Shown here: in pieces, positions 17,711 through 27,760 of the stretch
Position numbering within the stretch: the stretch's first letter is position 1
Layout of the letters: each line of letters opens with the position of its first letter
Assembly (NCBI RefSeq): GCF_000283555.1
Contig: NC_016012.1
Location: 870,001-902,000, forward strand
DNA from: Candidatus Arthromitus sp. SFB-rat-Yit
GTDB lineage: Bacteria; Bacillota; Clostridia; Clostridiales; Clostridiaceae
Length of the DNA: 32,000 nucleotides
Direction of reading: 5' to 3'
Program-made: the position numbers and the translations under genes
The notes under the pieces: generated by a model
Database searches by the model: none
Seen by the model: only the letters and a program-made list of their open reading frames with translations
What the model was told of the DNA's origin: nothing

Positions 17711-18805
17711 CTACACATTAAATCTAAAATTTATGATGTCCCCGTCTCTAACTACATATTCTTTTCCTTCTAAACGATAATATCCTTTTTCTTTCGCAAC
17801 AACCTCACTTTTACATTCGATCATCTTGTCGTATGATATAACTTCAGCACGTATAAACCCACGTTCAATATCTGAGTGAATTTTCCCTGCTGCTTGAGGT
17901 GCTTTAGTTCCTTCCGTTATAGTCCAAGCTCTAACTTCCTGAATCCCAGCAGTTAAATAACTTATAAGTCCAAGCAAACTATAACTCTTAACAATCAATT
18001 GATCCAATCCAGACTTTTTAATATCATACTCTTCCATCATTTGGGATCTGTCTACATCATCAAGTGAAGATAACTCCTCCTCAAATTTTGCACAAAGAGT
18101 AATTGCCTCAGATTTCTCACTCAAAGCAAATTCTTTAACCTTCTTAACCATAGCATTTTCTACTTTATCAACAAACTCATCTTCTGATATATTGCAAGCA
18201 TAAAGAGTTTTCTTATTAGTTATTAAAAAATATTTTTTAACTCTTTCCTCTTCTTCCTTAGTTAAATCCATGCTCCTAACCATCTTACCCTGTTCCAAAT
18301 GACTCTTAACCCTTTCAAGAATATCAAGCTCTATCTTAGAATCTTTATCTCCAGATCTTGCAAGTTTTATAATTTTATCTATCCTTCTCTGAACAATTTC
18401 CAAATCTGATAAAATCAATTCAAAATTTATAACCTCTATATCATCAAGTGGATTAACCTGACCACTAACATGAACAATATTACTATCTTCAAAACACCTT
18501 ACAACATGTACTATCGCTTCAACTTCACGAATATGGGATAAAAATTTATTTCCAAGCCCCTCTCCCTTACTCGCTCCTTTAACCAATCCAGCAATATCAT
18601 AAAATTCAATTGAAGCATAAACTTTTTTCTTCGTATTATATATCTTCTCCAATTCATCCAACCTATTATCAGGTACAGTAACAATACCAACATTAGGCTC
18701 TATAGTACAAAATGGGTAATTTGCCGATTCTGCTCCTGCCTTAGTAATAGCATTAAATAAAGTACTTTTACCAACGTTTGGTAACCCAACAATCCCTAAC
18801 TTCAT
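17711..18805 (-). CDS. ychF: Redox-regulated ATPase YchF (Obg family)
   Basis: [60 protein letters not shown]-like C-terminus (RGFIRAEV). Confidence 0.97.
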   Translation of the reverse strand: MKLGIVGLPNVGKSTLFNAITKAGAESANYPFCTIEPNVGIVTVPDNRLDELEKIYNTKKKVYASIEFYDIAGLVKGASKGEGLGNKFLSHIREVEAIVHVVRCFEDSNIVHVSGQVNPLDDIEVINFELILSDLEIVQRRIDKIIKLARSGDKDSKIELDILERVKSHLEQGKMVRSMDLTKEEEERVKKYFLITNKKTLYACNISEDEFVDKVENAMVKKVKEFALSEKSEAITLCAKFEEELSSLDDVDRSQMMEEYDIKKSGLDQLIVKSYSLLGLISYLTAGIQEVRAWTITEGTKAPQAAGKIHSDIERGFIRAEVISYDKMIECKSEVVAKEKGYYRLEGKEYVVRDGDIINFRFNV

Positions 18806-18916
18806 AAAAAACTACCTTTCTATATTAATTTTTAACATATATTTACACTTATTTATCAAATAAAATAAAGACATACTAAAATAATAAAATTTAAATTATT
18901 AAATGGAGGATTAAAA

Positions 18917-19720
18917 ATGAAAAAAAGCATCATCGCTTCACTACTAATATTAACTACTTCACTGTCAACAAACTTCGTTCCCATCCAATCAAAAACATCA
19001 TACATCACCACAAACAACTTTACAAATTCAAATACTCAAGAACTTGATTGGTACATAGTCCCAAACAAAGAAAATAAACCTCCTGAACCAAACAAAAATG
19101 CAATCCCAATATTAAATAACTTCTCAGGGTATTATCTGGGAGATACCGAAAAAAAAGTACTCTACCTAACATTTGATGAAGGATACGAAAACGGATACAC
19201 TTCAAAAATACTCGATATATTGAAAAAACAAAATGTCCCAGCTGCATTTTTCGTTGTAAAACCTTACCTTAAAACAAATAAAGATCTAATATTAAGAATG
19301 GTAAATGAAGGTCATTTAGTTTGTAATCATTCCTCTTCACATCCATCAATGGCAAAAATAACAGATCCTAACAAATTTAAAAAAGAATTCACAGATGTAG
19401 AAGAAGAATACAAAAAAATAACAAACTCTGATATGCCCAAATATTTCCGACCACCTATGGGCAAATTTAGTGAATACTCTATGAAGCTTACAAATGAACT
19501 CGGATACAAAAGTATATTTTGGAGTTTAGCTTATAAGGATTTTGATGTCAAAAATCAACCATCAAAAGAAACTGCCAAAGATAAAATTTTAAGCAGAATA
19601 CACAATGGATCTATAATACTATTACACGCAGTATCAAAAACCAACACTGAAATATTAGAAGAAATACTGATCGAATTAAAATCTCAAGGATATGAATTCA
19701 GAACTCTAACAGATTTTTAA
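18917..19720 (+). CDS. pdaA: PdaA-like polysaccharide deacetylase (delta-lactam-biosynthetic de-N-acetylase)
   Basis: Signal peptide; NodB-type YLTFDEGYENGYTSKILDILKKQNVPAAFFVVKPY, HSSSHPSMAK, FRPPMGKFSE. Confidence 0.85.
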   Translation: MKKSIIASLLILTTSLSTNFVPIQSKTSYITTNNFTNSNTQELDWYIVPNKENKPPEPNKNAIPILNNFSGYYLGDTEKKVLYLTFDEGYENGYTSKILDILKKQNVPAAFFVVKPYLKTNKDLILRMVNEGHLVCNHSSSHPSMAKITDPNKFKKEFTDVEEEYKKITNSDMPKYFRPPMGKFSEYSMKLTNELGYKSIFWSLAYKDFDVKNQPSKETAKDKILSRIHNGSIILLHAVSKTNTEILEEILIELKSQGYEFRTLTDF

Positions 19721-19721
19721 T

Positions 19722-20954
19722 TTATGATTCATCCTTAACATATCCCATAATTATCCAAAATATAATTCCAATTAAACTTGGTGTATAGACCAACACAGAT
19801 TCAAACATACCTATAAACAAAAAACTAAGTACAGCAGAATACAAAACTATGTAATTAAATTTATCTATGTTTTTTCTCAATATTTTGTAGATTCTTATAA
19901 GATAGACGACTATAAACGAAACAAACAATACTAATGCCACACTACCATAAGATAATAAAATATCAAGAAAAGTATTATGAGTTCCTCCCTCTTTTACTCC
20001 AGATAAAAATCTTATAGTGCTATTATCTAAAACATTTATAGAGTGCGTCTTAGAATATCCAAATAAAATGTTATTTTTAATAATTGTTAAAACTTGCTCC
20101 CAAATTTCATATCTTCCATTCAATAACTTAACCAACAAAGTATTGTTAATTAACAAATATATCGAAAATAAACAACACCCTACAAAAAACGTTATAACTA
20201 TCCACTTCTTTTTAAACGTTATCGCTGTAAACACAAAACAAAATACTAAAAATGCAATAACAGCACTACGTGCACTAACCAAAAACAACATTATAATCGA
20301 CAATATAACATTAATTATCGCTATCTTCTTAAACAAAATTTCTTTATAATAATTCAAAAATATAAACGAGAATACAATACCAATAAAACAAATTATACCT
20401 AAAATATTTTCATTATCGTAAATACCCGTAAAAGATCCATCAAAATGAAATCCATAAACCTTAGTTAAAACAAACCTAACCTTAAATATGTAAAAAATTA
20501 TACTAAATATATGTGATATAAAACAAACACCCAATATAACTGTGGAGAGTATTTTTAATTTAATATCCTTATTTTTATTAATAACATTAAAAAATATAAA
20601 AAATTGAAACATTCCTAATAAAATAAGCTTTATTTCATTTATATACTCACCAAAACTATACGAATTTAAATACATGCTAACAACCGTAGAAAATAAAAAC
20701 AATATAAATACACAATTATAAAAAGTGAATTCAAACTTGTTTTTGTATACAGAATAAACAAATATCAAAATAAATACTACGTAAAATAAATAATTTAATA
20801 TACTCACAATATGTGACAATTCACCTATTATACTGACATAAGAAAAATTAAATATCAAATATACCAATGTTATATAAAATTTAACCATATCAAAATCTAA
20901 TTTAAGTCTGTCCCCTGCTGGCTGTAAATCTTTTGATTCTAATCTTTTAAACAC
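19722..20954 (-). CDS. O-antigen ligase/polymerase (Wzy)-family membrane protein
   Basis: Many TM helices; GGTHNTFLDILLSYG motif of Wzy_C/O-antigen ligase families; apparent GTG start. Confidence 0.8.
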   Translation of the reverse strand: MFKRLESKDLQPAGDRLKLDFDMVKFYITLVYLIFNFSYVSIIGELSHIVSILNYLFYVVFILIFVYSVYKNKFEFTFYNCVFILFLFSTVVSMYLNSYSFGEYINEIKLILLGMFQFFIFFNVINKNKDIKLKILSTVILGVCFISHIFSIIFYIFKVRFVLTKVYGFHFDGSFTGIYDNENILGIICFIGIVFSFIFLNYYKEILFKKIAIINVILSIIMLFLVSARSAVIAFLVFCFVFTAITFKKKWIVITFFVGCCLFSIYLLINNTLLVKLLNGRYEIWEQVLTIIKNNILFGYSKTHSINVLDNSTIRFLSGVKEGGTHNTFLDILLSYGSVALVLFVSFIVVYLIRIYKILRKNIDKFNYIVLYSAVLSFLFIGMFESVLVYTPSLIGIIFWIIMGYVKDES

Positions 20955-22093
20955 GTTACATACACGTCCTTTAATTTATCTATGATAATACTTTTTTCGA
21001 AATTATTTAAGAAATAACTATGTATAGTTGTATAATTATATTTATTAATATTAAGAATCATTTGTACTATAGCTTTAGATAAATTCTCCTTACTGTTTGT
21101 ATCTACTAATATGCCAACATCATCTATAATAATATCCTCAGCTCCTCCATTTTTTACTCCTATAACTGGTTTCCCACAAGCCAAAGCTTCTATATATACA
21201 ACACCAAAAGTTTCATACGAAGATGCCAAAATAAACGCATCACATTTATTCATATAAAATGCAACTTCATCTCTACTAAGAATTCCCAAAAGCTTAACAT
21301 AATTATGCAATTTTTTATCATTAATTTTCTTCTCTAATTCATCTCTTAAATATCCGTCTCCACCTATTTCTAATACAAAATCATATCCTATATCAATTAG
21401 ATATCCGCAAGAATCTATTAAATTTTCGAACCCTTTACCCCTAACCAAAAAACCTAACGTAAAAAATGTAAATCTAAGATTGCGGTGCATTTCTTTTAAA
21501 ATTTTAAACTTATTTCCATCAATAAAATTATGTATAACACTTATATCATTTTTTACAAACTTCCCTAACTCTTTTTTCAAAGAATTACTCACACTTACCA
21601 ATCTGTCTGCACTATTGTACGAGTCATAAATATATTTCAAATAACTTTTCTTAATATTACTTGCATAACTTATACCAGTATGCTCAGTTAAAACATATGG
21701 TATATTAAATTTTTCCTTTATATACGGAGCACATATACCTGCCCAAAAACAAGAATGAAAATGAAATACATCTATTTTACCTTTATCAGCAATAACTCTA
21801 TTTATTAATTTTTCAATCCTCTTGGCAAATACATTAAATCTCATACTACTATGTAATAAATAATTAAAATTTTTGTATCTGTATGTATCTAATCCATCCT
21901 CAATATCAAATGTTATCTTTTTACTAAATATTGTCTTAAATTCATCATAACAATATATCGGCAAAATTTCATTATAACAAATAGTAATATTTTCACCATG
22001 CTCTTTAAGTGCCTGTGCCTGTTCTTTAAAGAAACTACCTAAAACTTTATTTTTCCTGTTTGAATACCATGACGGTATAACCACAATATGCAT
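20939..22093 (-). CDS. Glycosyltransferase family 4
   Basis: PSWYSNRKNKVLGSFFKEQAQAL, HFHSCFWAGICA, ASSYETFGVVYIEALACGKPVIG. Confidence 0.9.
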   Translation of the reverse strand: MHIVVIPSWYSNRKNKVLGSFFKEQAQALKEHGENITICYNEILPIYCYDEFKTIFSKKITFDIEDGLDTYRYKNFNYLLHSSMRFNVFAKRIEKLINRVIADKGKIDVFHFHSCFWAGICAPYIKEKFNIPYVLTEHTGISYASNIKKSYLKYIYDSYNSADRLVSVSNSLKKELGKFVKNDISVIHNFIDGNKFKILKEMHRNLRFTFFTLGFLVRGKGFENLIDSCGYLIDIGYDFVLEIGGDGYLRDELEKKINDKKLHNYVKLLGILSRDEVAFYMNKCDAFILASSYETFGVVYIEALACGKPVIGVKNGGAEDIIIDDVGILVDTNSKENLSKAIVQMILNINKYNYTTIHSYFLNNFEKSIIIDKLKDVYVTCLKD

Positions 22094-22105
22094 AGATAAA
22101 CTCCG

Positions 22106-23371
22106 CTAAATATTTAAAAATTTAGATAACCTTGATAAAACCATGCTACTATTAAACTCATCTCTATTAAACTCAATACCTCTATTAAAATTCTTCAAAA
22201 TATTAACCATAATTTTCGTTATATCTTCACATTTATTAAGACAACAATATACTCCATCTACCTTATTAGATAATTTATACAACGGATCATCATAATCTTC
22301 AAGTATTACTAAGATAATCGCATTCGAACCCATATAATCATAAATCTTAGCTGGTATTTGTGAAAATTCTTTATTGCCAAATACAAGAAGTATATCTGCA
22401 TTAACAATCATATTTATAATTTCAATGTATGAAACACGTGATTTCAATCTTATAATACTTTTATTAACTAATTCCTTTTGATCTACATCATTTATACTTC
22501 CAACAAAATTTACATTTAAACTTTCAAACACACCTAAAGAACTTTTTTGTATTAATTTCAATGCTTTAACAAACTCGTTTACATTTCTTACACCTTTGAC
22601 AATATCGCCAGCATACAATATATTAATTTTATCAAATTCGAATTCAACAGGATAATTTTTTTTGGAATCAGCATATAATTTCTTATCAAATCCTCTATGG
22701 ATTATCTCCATAGATTTTGGCATTAAGCCATATTCTTCTCTATAATATTCCATATTATTTTCAGTTACAAACAGAAACCTATCACTGTTATTCACTATCT
22801 TATTCTCAATTATTTTGTTAAAAATTTTTGGAATAATACCTCTATTTCTTCTACTTATCTCATTGCAATAAGGATCACTAAAGTATGATACAAGTCGCAC
22901 ATTTTTATTATACTTCTTAACTATTTTTTTAATTTTATACGCACAAATCAAACTAGATGGAGGTTCATGCATACCAATAATAATATCAAAATTTATATCA
23001 CTTAAATATTTTTTAAAATATTTACAAGCATTATTAATCCAAGAAGTATATGGATCGACAATAACAATTTTATTTTTAATCCAAATTAAACGCTTAGATT
23101 TCTTATGTGTTTCATTTTCAGAAATCTTTTTTTTAGGTAGCATCTTATTTAATATAAAACTTCCATTGACTCTATGTACAACCACATCTTTATTTACAAA
23201 CTTGGATAGTTCACTATCATAGTAAATACTATTACTAGGAAAATCTAAAGTTAAAAGATGTATTTTAACTTTCTTGTTACTAGCAAGTAAATTCATATAA
23301 TAAACAAGCTCTATGCTGGCAGAATTGTTTATATCAACTGAGTAACAAGAAACAAATAAAATATTACTCAT
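22106..23371 (-). CDS. Glycosyltransferase (GT4-like fold)
   Basis: YFSDPYCNE, NSDRFLFVTENNMEYYREEYG, NILYAGDIVKGVRNVNEFVKALK, IPAKIYDYMGSNAIILVI. Confidence 0.75.
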   Translation of the reverse strand: MSNILFVSCYSVDINNSASIELVYYMNLLASNKKVKIHLLTLDFPSNSIYYDSELSKFVNKDVVVHRVNGSFILNKMLPKKKISENETHKKSKRLIWIKNKIVIVDPYTSWINNACKYFKKYLSDINFDIIIGMHEPPSSLICAYKIKKIVKKYNKNVRLVSYFSDPYCNEISRRNRGIIPKIFNKIIENKIVNNSDRFLFVTENNMEYYREEYGLMPKSMEIIHRGFDKKLYADSKKNYPVEFEFDKINILYAGDIVKGVRNVNEFVKALKLIQKSSLGVFESLNVNFVGSINDVDQKELVNKSIIRLKSRVSYIEIINMIVNADILLVFGNKEFSQIPAKIYDYMGSNAIILVILEDYDDPLYKLSNKVDGVYCCLNKCEDITKIMVNILKNFNRGIEFNRDEFNSSMVLSRLSKFLNI

Positions 23372-24104
23372 TACTACCTTTAAAATGATATTTAAAACTT
23401 CGTATCATAAATTTAGGTATGCTAATTAATCGTACTATTCTCACTGGCTCTTTCGATACTCTATAAAGCCACTCCAATCCCAAATTTATCATTATTTTTG
23501 GAGCTCTATTAAGCTTTCCAGCATACAAATCAAAACTACCTCCAACTCCCATAAATAATTTGCAATTGAACAAATCTATATATTTATTTATAAAAACATC
23601 TTGGCGTGGACTACCCATAGCAACAAGTACAACATGTGGTTCGCTTTTCATTATTCTTTGAGAAACACCATCTGAATCATTCCCAAAATACCCATCATCA
23701 TATCCAGCAATTTTTATATTAGGATATTTTTTTGATATATTATTAACAGCTAATAATATATTTTCGTTCGTGCTGCCTACAAAATAAATTTTCAATAATT
23801 GTTCGTTGCAAATTTTTAAAACTTCATCCATTATATCAATCCCAGCAATCTTAGAAATCCTTATTTTATTTAATATCTTTAAGAGCATCGTTATACCCAC
23901 ACCATCCGGTATAATAATACTATCATCTCTACAAAAATACTTTTTAAGAGAACTATCATTCAATCCATTAAATAAGACCTCCGGATTACCAGAAACTATG
24001 TTTAATTTTTGATTTCCATTTGACAATAAATGTTTTCGTATTATATGTACCAAGTCATTTTTACTTCCTGTGTATATTTTGTATCCCGTTAAGTTTGTAT
24101 ACAT
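23364..24104 (-). CDS. WecG/TagA/CpsF family glycosyltransferase (GT26)
   Basis: VVLVAMGSPRQDVFINK, MGVGGSFDLYAGKLNRAPKIMINLGLEWLYRVSKEPVR. Confidence 0.93.
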   Translation of the reverse strand: MYTNLTGYKIYTGSKNDLVHIIRKHLLSNGNQKLNIVSGNPEVLFNGLNDSSLKKYFCRDDSIIIPDGVGITMLLKILNKIRISKIAGIDIMDEVLKICNEQLLKIYFVGSTNENILLAVNNISKKYPNIKIAGYDDGYFGNDSDGVSQRIMKSEPHVVLVAMGSPRQDVFINKYIDLFNCKLFMGVGGSFDLYAGKLNRAPKIMINLGLEWLYRVSKEPVRIVRLISIPKFMIRSFKYHFKGSNE

Positions 24105-24112
24105 AATTCAAC

Positions 24113-25177
24113 TTATAAAATTAACTTTTCTAACTCCTTTAAAATTTCATCATTCTTGTTTATTCCACGAGCTATTTCAAAATATTTTTTAACATTCTCC
24201 ATATCATTCAATTTTAAATAACTCATTATCATATTTGTACAAGATTCTATCGAATTTGTAACTTTAAATACTTTCTCAAAATATCTTATAGCATGAGAAT
24301 ACATTCCAAGAGCTGCATAATTCAATCCCAATTCATTTACGACCTCAACAATATCGCTATCTATTCTCCTAGAATTCTCTAAATAATAAATTGCTTGTTG
24401 ATGCATATTTAGTTTCCTGTGTGCTACAGCAATATAGTAATATATTAAAGCATCATTTTTAAACATATCAATTAATGGAATTAATTTTTCTAATGCTTCT
24501 TTAGGTGAAGAATATATTTTTTCTTTACCATCCTGATAATTTTTGCATGACATTAGATGCTCTTTAAATTCTTTTACTCCTTTCTCATCTTGATCTTTAT
24601 ATTTTCCTATGCTTTCAAGTGCAAGTACATAGTTTCCCTCATCTCTTTCAATCATTGCCTTATATAAATATACCTTATTAAATGTTCTATAATTTTTTAT
24701 TGCATCATCAATATGAAATTTTAATTCTGAATTAAAAAATTCATCCTTGTCTTTTAAATTTATCAAAACTACTATTAACTTTTCCTTGTACTCATCATTA
24801 AAATAAATTTTGCACAATCCCTTTAACATTATGTAAGCTTCAAATAATTCATCTTTTTGAATTAATGAATATATGTACCCCTTATAAAACTCCTGACTAT
24901 TGTCAAAATTTAATATTATTTCTTCATAGTAATTATTGTATATAAAATTTTCATTTCCCCCGATGCATAAGAGCATTCCTACAAAAAACTTATCCATAGT
25001 AAGCTCACTACTCTTAGGATTATTTTTATCTGTTATAAGTTTTAAGTCTACAGGGAAAAGCACATCTTTACCCTGTAACTCTTTATACAAATAAGGACTT
25101 ATTTTGTCTAAAATTTTCAAATCTTTTAACTCAATAAATATTAAATTCGAAAGTCTTTCATTAATATTATAACCCAT
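24113..25177 (-). CDS. TPR-repeat protein (track start 25204; ATG at 25177 preferred because of TAGGAG SD)
   Basis: TPR-like repeats (AIYYLENSRRIDSDIVEVVNELGLNYAALGMYSHAIRYFEKV). Confidence 0.7.
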   Translation of the reverse strand: MGYNINERLSNLIFIELKDLKILDKISPYLYKELQGKDVLFPVDLKLITDKNNPKSSELTMDKFFVGMLLCIGGNENFIYNNYYEEIILNFDNSQEFYKGYIYSLIQKDELFEAYIMLKGLCKIYFNDEYKEKLIVVLINLKDKDEFFNSELKFHIDDAIKNYRTFNKVYLYKAMIERDEGNYVLALESIGKYKDQDEKGVKEFKEHLMSCKNYQDGKEKIYSSPKEALEKLIPLIDMFKNDALIYYYIAVAHRKLNMHQQAIYYLENSRRIDSDIVEVVNELGLNYAALGMYSHAIRYFEKVFKVTNSIESCTNMIMSYLKLNDMENVKKYFEIARGINKNDEILKELEKLIL

Positions 25178-25191
25178 GTTTACTCCTAATT

Positions 25192-26928
25192 TTAATCCAT
25201 ACATTTCTTTATTAAATTTAATACATTTTCTTCAAACTCTTCCATCTTAGCAGATATATCTTCCTTACTATTACTTCTAACGCTCATATAAAATTTAATC
25301 TTCGGTTCCGTTCCCGAAGGTCTAGCTGCAAACCAACTTCCATCTCCAAACAAAACTTTCAAAACATTCGATGAAGGTAAATCTATTTTACTTTTTATAT
25401 TATTTATCACATCTTTTTCCACTCCACATTTATAATCTTGGACCTTAACTGTAATCATATTTTCAATATCAATTCGATCCATCCTTCTCAATTTTTCCAG
25501 ACAATTAGAGATCTTATCTTGCCCTTCTTTACCACTCAACTCCATAGAAACTAATTTTTCAAGCGAGAAACCATATTTACTATATAAACATTCCAAAGCA
25601 TCACATAAAGTTTTTCCATTCTTTTTATAATACAACGTCATCTCTGCTATAATATTCGTTGCAATAACAGCATCTTTATCTCTCACAAAATCCCCTAGTA
25701 AATATCCATAACTCTCTTCAAATCCAAAAATATATTCTCCGCTATTATCACTTTCAAACTCTTTTATCTTTTCTCCTATATATTTAAAACCAGTTAATAC
25801 CTCAATTAAATTAACCCCATAACAACTACAAATATTTTTAATAACGTCAGTTGTTACAATAGTTTTAATAATAGTAGATTTGTTATTAAGTTTTCCTTGC
25901 TCCTTCAAAGAACACAATATATACTCAGATAATAAAATTCCTATTTGATTACCCGTAAAAAATTTATACTCACCATTTTTATCTCTAGATACAACTCCTA
26001 CTCTATCGCAATCTGGATCAGTTGCTAAAATCAAATCGCTATTATTTTGATTAGCTAATTTTATAGATAAATCAAACACATCCTCAAGTTCAGGGTTCGG
26101 ATATGATACAGTAGGAAAATTTCCATCAGGATTACTTTGTTCTTTTACAACTTCAACATTAATATACCCTAATTCATCTAGAACTTTTGTAACTGGAACA
26201 AGACCAGATCCATGAAGTGGGGTATACACTATTTTTAATTCTTGGCTATGATTCTTAACCAAATCTTTTCTTATAACCAAGCTTTTAACTTTATCAAAAT
26301 ATTTCCTATCTATTTCTTCCCCTATATACTCAAGTTTAAGTTCATTAATAGCTTCATCTTCTCTTAAAATATTTATATCTTCAAATATGTCAACCTCACA
26401 TATTTTTTCATAAACTTCATTCGCTAGCTCATCTGTTAATTGACCTCCATCCTCTCCATAAACCTTATAACCATTATATTCCTTAGGATTATGTGAGGCT
26501 GTTATAACAACCCCTCCCTTACACTTAAGTTCCCTAAGTGCAAAAGAAAGCATAGGAGTTGGTCTCAAACTTTCATACAAATAAACTTTTATACCATTAG
26601 TCGCAAAAATAAGTCCCGCCCTTTTCGCAAACTCACTAGATTTATTTCTTGAATCATATGCTATAGCCACACTTATATCTTGATTCTTATATTTATCTTT
26701 CAAAAAATTTGCATACCCTTGTGTAACCTTACCTACTGTGTAAATATTAATCCGATTTATACCAGATCCAATTATACTTCTAAGTCCACCTGTTCCAAAT
26801 TCTAACTCTTTATAAAATCTATCTTCTAATTCCTTTTCGTCTAAATCATATATTTCTTTTTTATAATCTTCGCTAATATTATTAGATGACAACCACTTAT
26901 CTGCCAACTTTTTATACAAAATTACCAC
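25192..26928 (-). CDS. pgcA: Phosphoglucomutase/phosphomannomutase (PgcA-like); TTG at 26919 fits the SD better than GTG at 26928
   Basis: FGTGGLRSIIG, VVITASHNPKEYNGYKVYG, DPDCDRVG, GFEESYGYL, RPSGTEPKIKFY. Confidence 0.92.
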   Translation of the reverse strand: MVILYKKLADKWLSSNNISEDYKKEIYDLDEKELEDRFYKELEFGTGGLRSIIGSGINRINIYTVGKVTQGYANFLKDKYKNQDISVAIAYDSRNKSSEFAKRAGLIFATNGIKVYLYESLRPTPMLSFALRELKCKGGVVITASHNPKEYNGYKVYGEDGGQLTDELANEVYEKICEVDIFEDINILREDEAINELKLEYIGEEIDRKYFDKVKSLVIRKDLVKNHSQELKIVYTPLHGSGLVPVTKVLDELGYINVEVVKEQSNPDGNFPTVSYPNPELEDVFDLSIKLANQNNSDLILATDPDCDRVGVVSRDKNGEYKFFTGNQIGILLSEYILCSLKEQGKLNNKSTIIKTIVTTDVIKNICSCYGVNLIEVLTGFKYIGEKIKEFESDNSGEYIFGFEESYGYLLGDFVRDKDAVIATNIIAEMTLYYKKNGKTLCDALECLYSKYGFSLEKLVSMELSGKEGQDKISNCLEKLRRMDRIDIENMITVKVQDYKCGVEKDVINNIKSKIDLPSSNVLKVLFGDGSWFAARPSGTEPKIKFYMSVRSNSKEDISAKMEEFEENVLNLIKKCMD

Positions 26929-26987
26929 CTCATCAAGATAACATTAATTAATATCTTGATTATACTACATCCATGGGAATATATAAA

Positions 26988-27025
26988 TATAACAGTACAA
27001 ACAAGACGATTTGTACTGTTATATA
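26988..27025 (-). terminator. Hairpin downstream of the L25/Ctc gene
   Basis: ATATAACAGTACAAA-CAAGACGA-TTTGTACTGTTATAT, perfect 15-bp stem; T-tract on minus strand is weak. Confidence 0.65.
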
Positions 27026-27031
27026 ACACAA

Positions 27032-27625
27032 TTAATTAATCCCCGATTCAGTTGGTGGTATAACTTCACTCGAATCATCAACAACATTTTTAGCAAAATT
27101 TATCGAAGCTACTACAGATTCTAAACTATCCAATATAGTTATTTCATCTCCTATTTCCATATCAGAAATCCTAACAGCGTGTCCTAACATCTGTTCCTTT
27201 ATAACCAAATCAATTTTATCCGGTATTTTACTTGCCTTACATCTAACCTTTATGCTACTTTTTTCCTTTTGTATAAATGCACCGTTTTTAGTTGCCACAA
27301 ATTCATTAATATAATTAACTGGAATTTCTGCATTAATTACTTTATCCCCATTAAAACATTCAAAATCAACATGTAAAATATTATTTGTAATATGACATTT
27401 CTGAATTTCCTTGATTATTGCGTTGTATTTCTTACCTTCAACATTTACCTCTACAGTATTATGTTCACACCCATGAGCAATTAATTCTTCCACATCTCTT
27501 TTATTTAAAACTATTTTAGTCGATGGAATATCCGTCCCATAAATATTGCCAACAACCTTACCTTCTTTTCTTAATCTTTTAGTTGATCCTTTTGTTGTCC
27601 CATTATTAATCATTGCGTTTATCAT
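27032..27625 (-). CDS. ctc: 50S ribosomal protein L25/general stress protein Ctc (start moved to ATG 27625, SD AAGGGAG)
   Basis: STKRLRKEGKVVGNIYG, HVDFECFNGDKVINAEIPV, LGHAVRISDMEIGDEITI. Confidence 0.88.
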   Translation of the reverse strand: MINAMINNGTTKGSTKRLRKEGKVVGNIYGTDIPSTKIVLNKRDVEELIAHGCEHNTVEVNVEGKKYNAIIKEIQKCHITNNILHVDFECFNGDKVINAEIPVNYINEFVATKNGAFIQKEKSSIKVRCKASKIPDKIDLVIKEQMLGHAVRISDMEIGDEITILDSLESVVASINFAKNVVDDSSEVIPPTESGIN

Positions 27626-27760
27626 TTTATCAACTCCCTTTGTCTGTATTATCACACTTTTAAATATTTCTTATACAACTTTTTTAACTTGTAGAAAATT
27701 TCTTCAATGTTATTGTAGAAATTATAATTTGTGTTATTATAACCATTAGTAATTGATATT

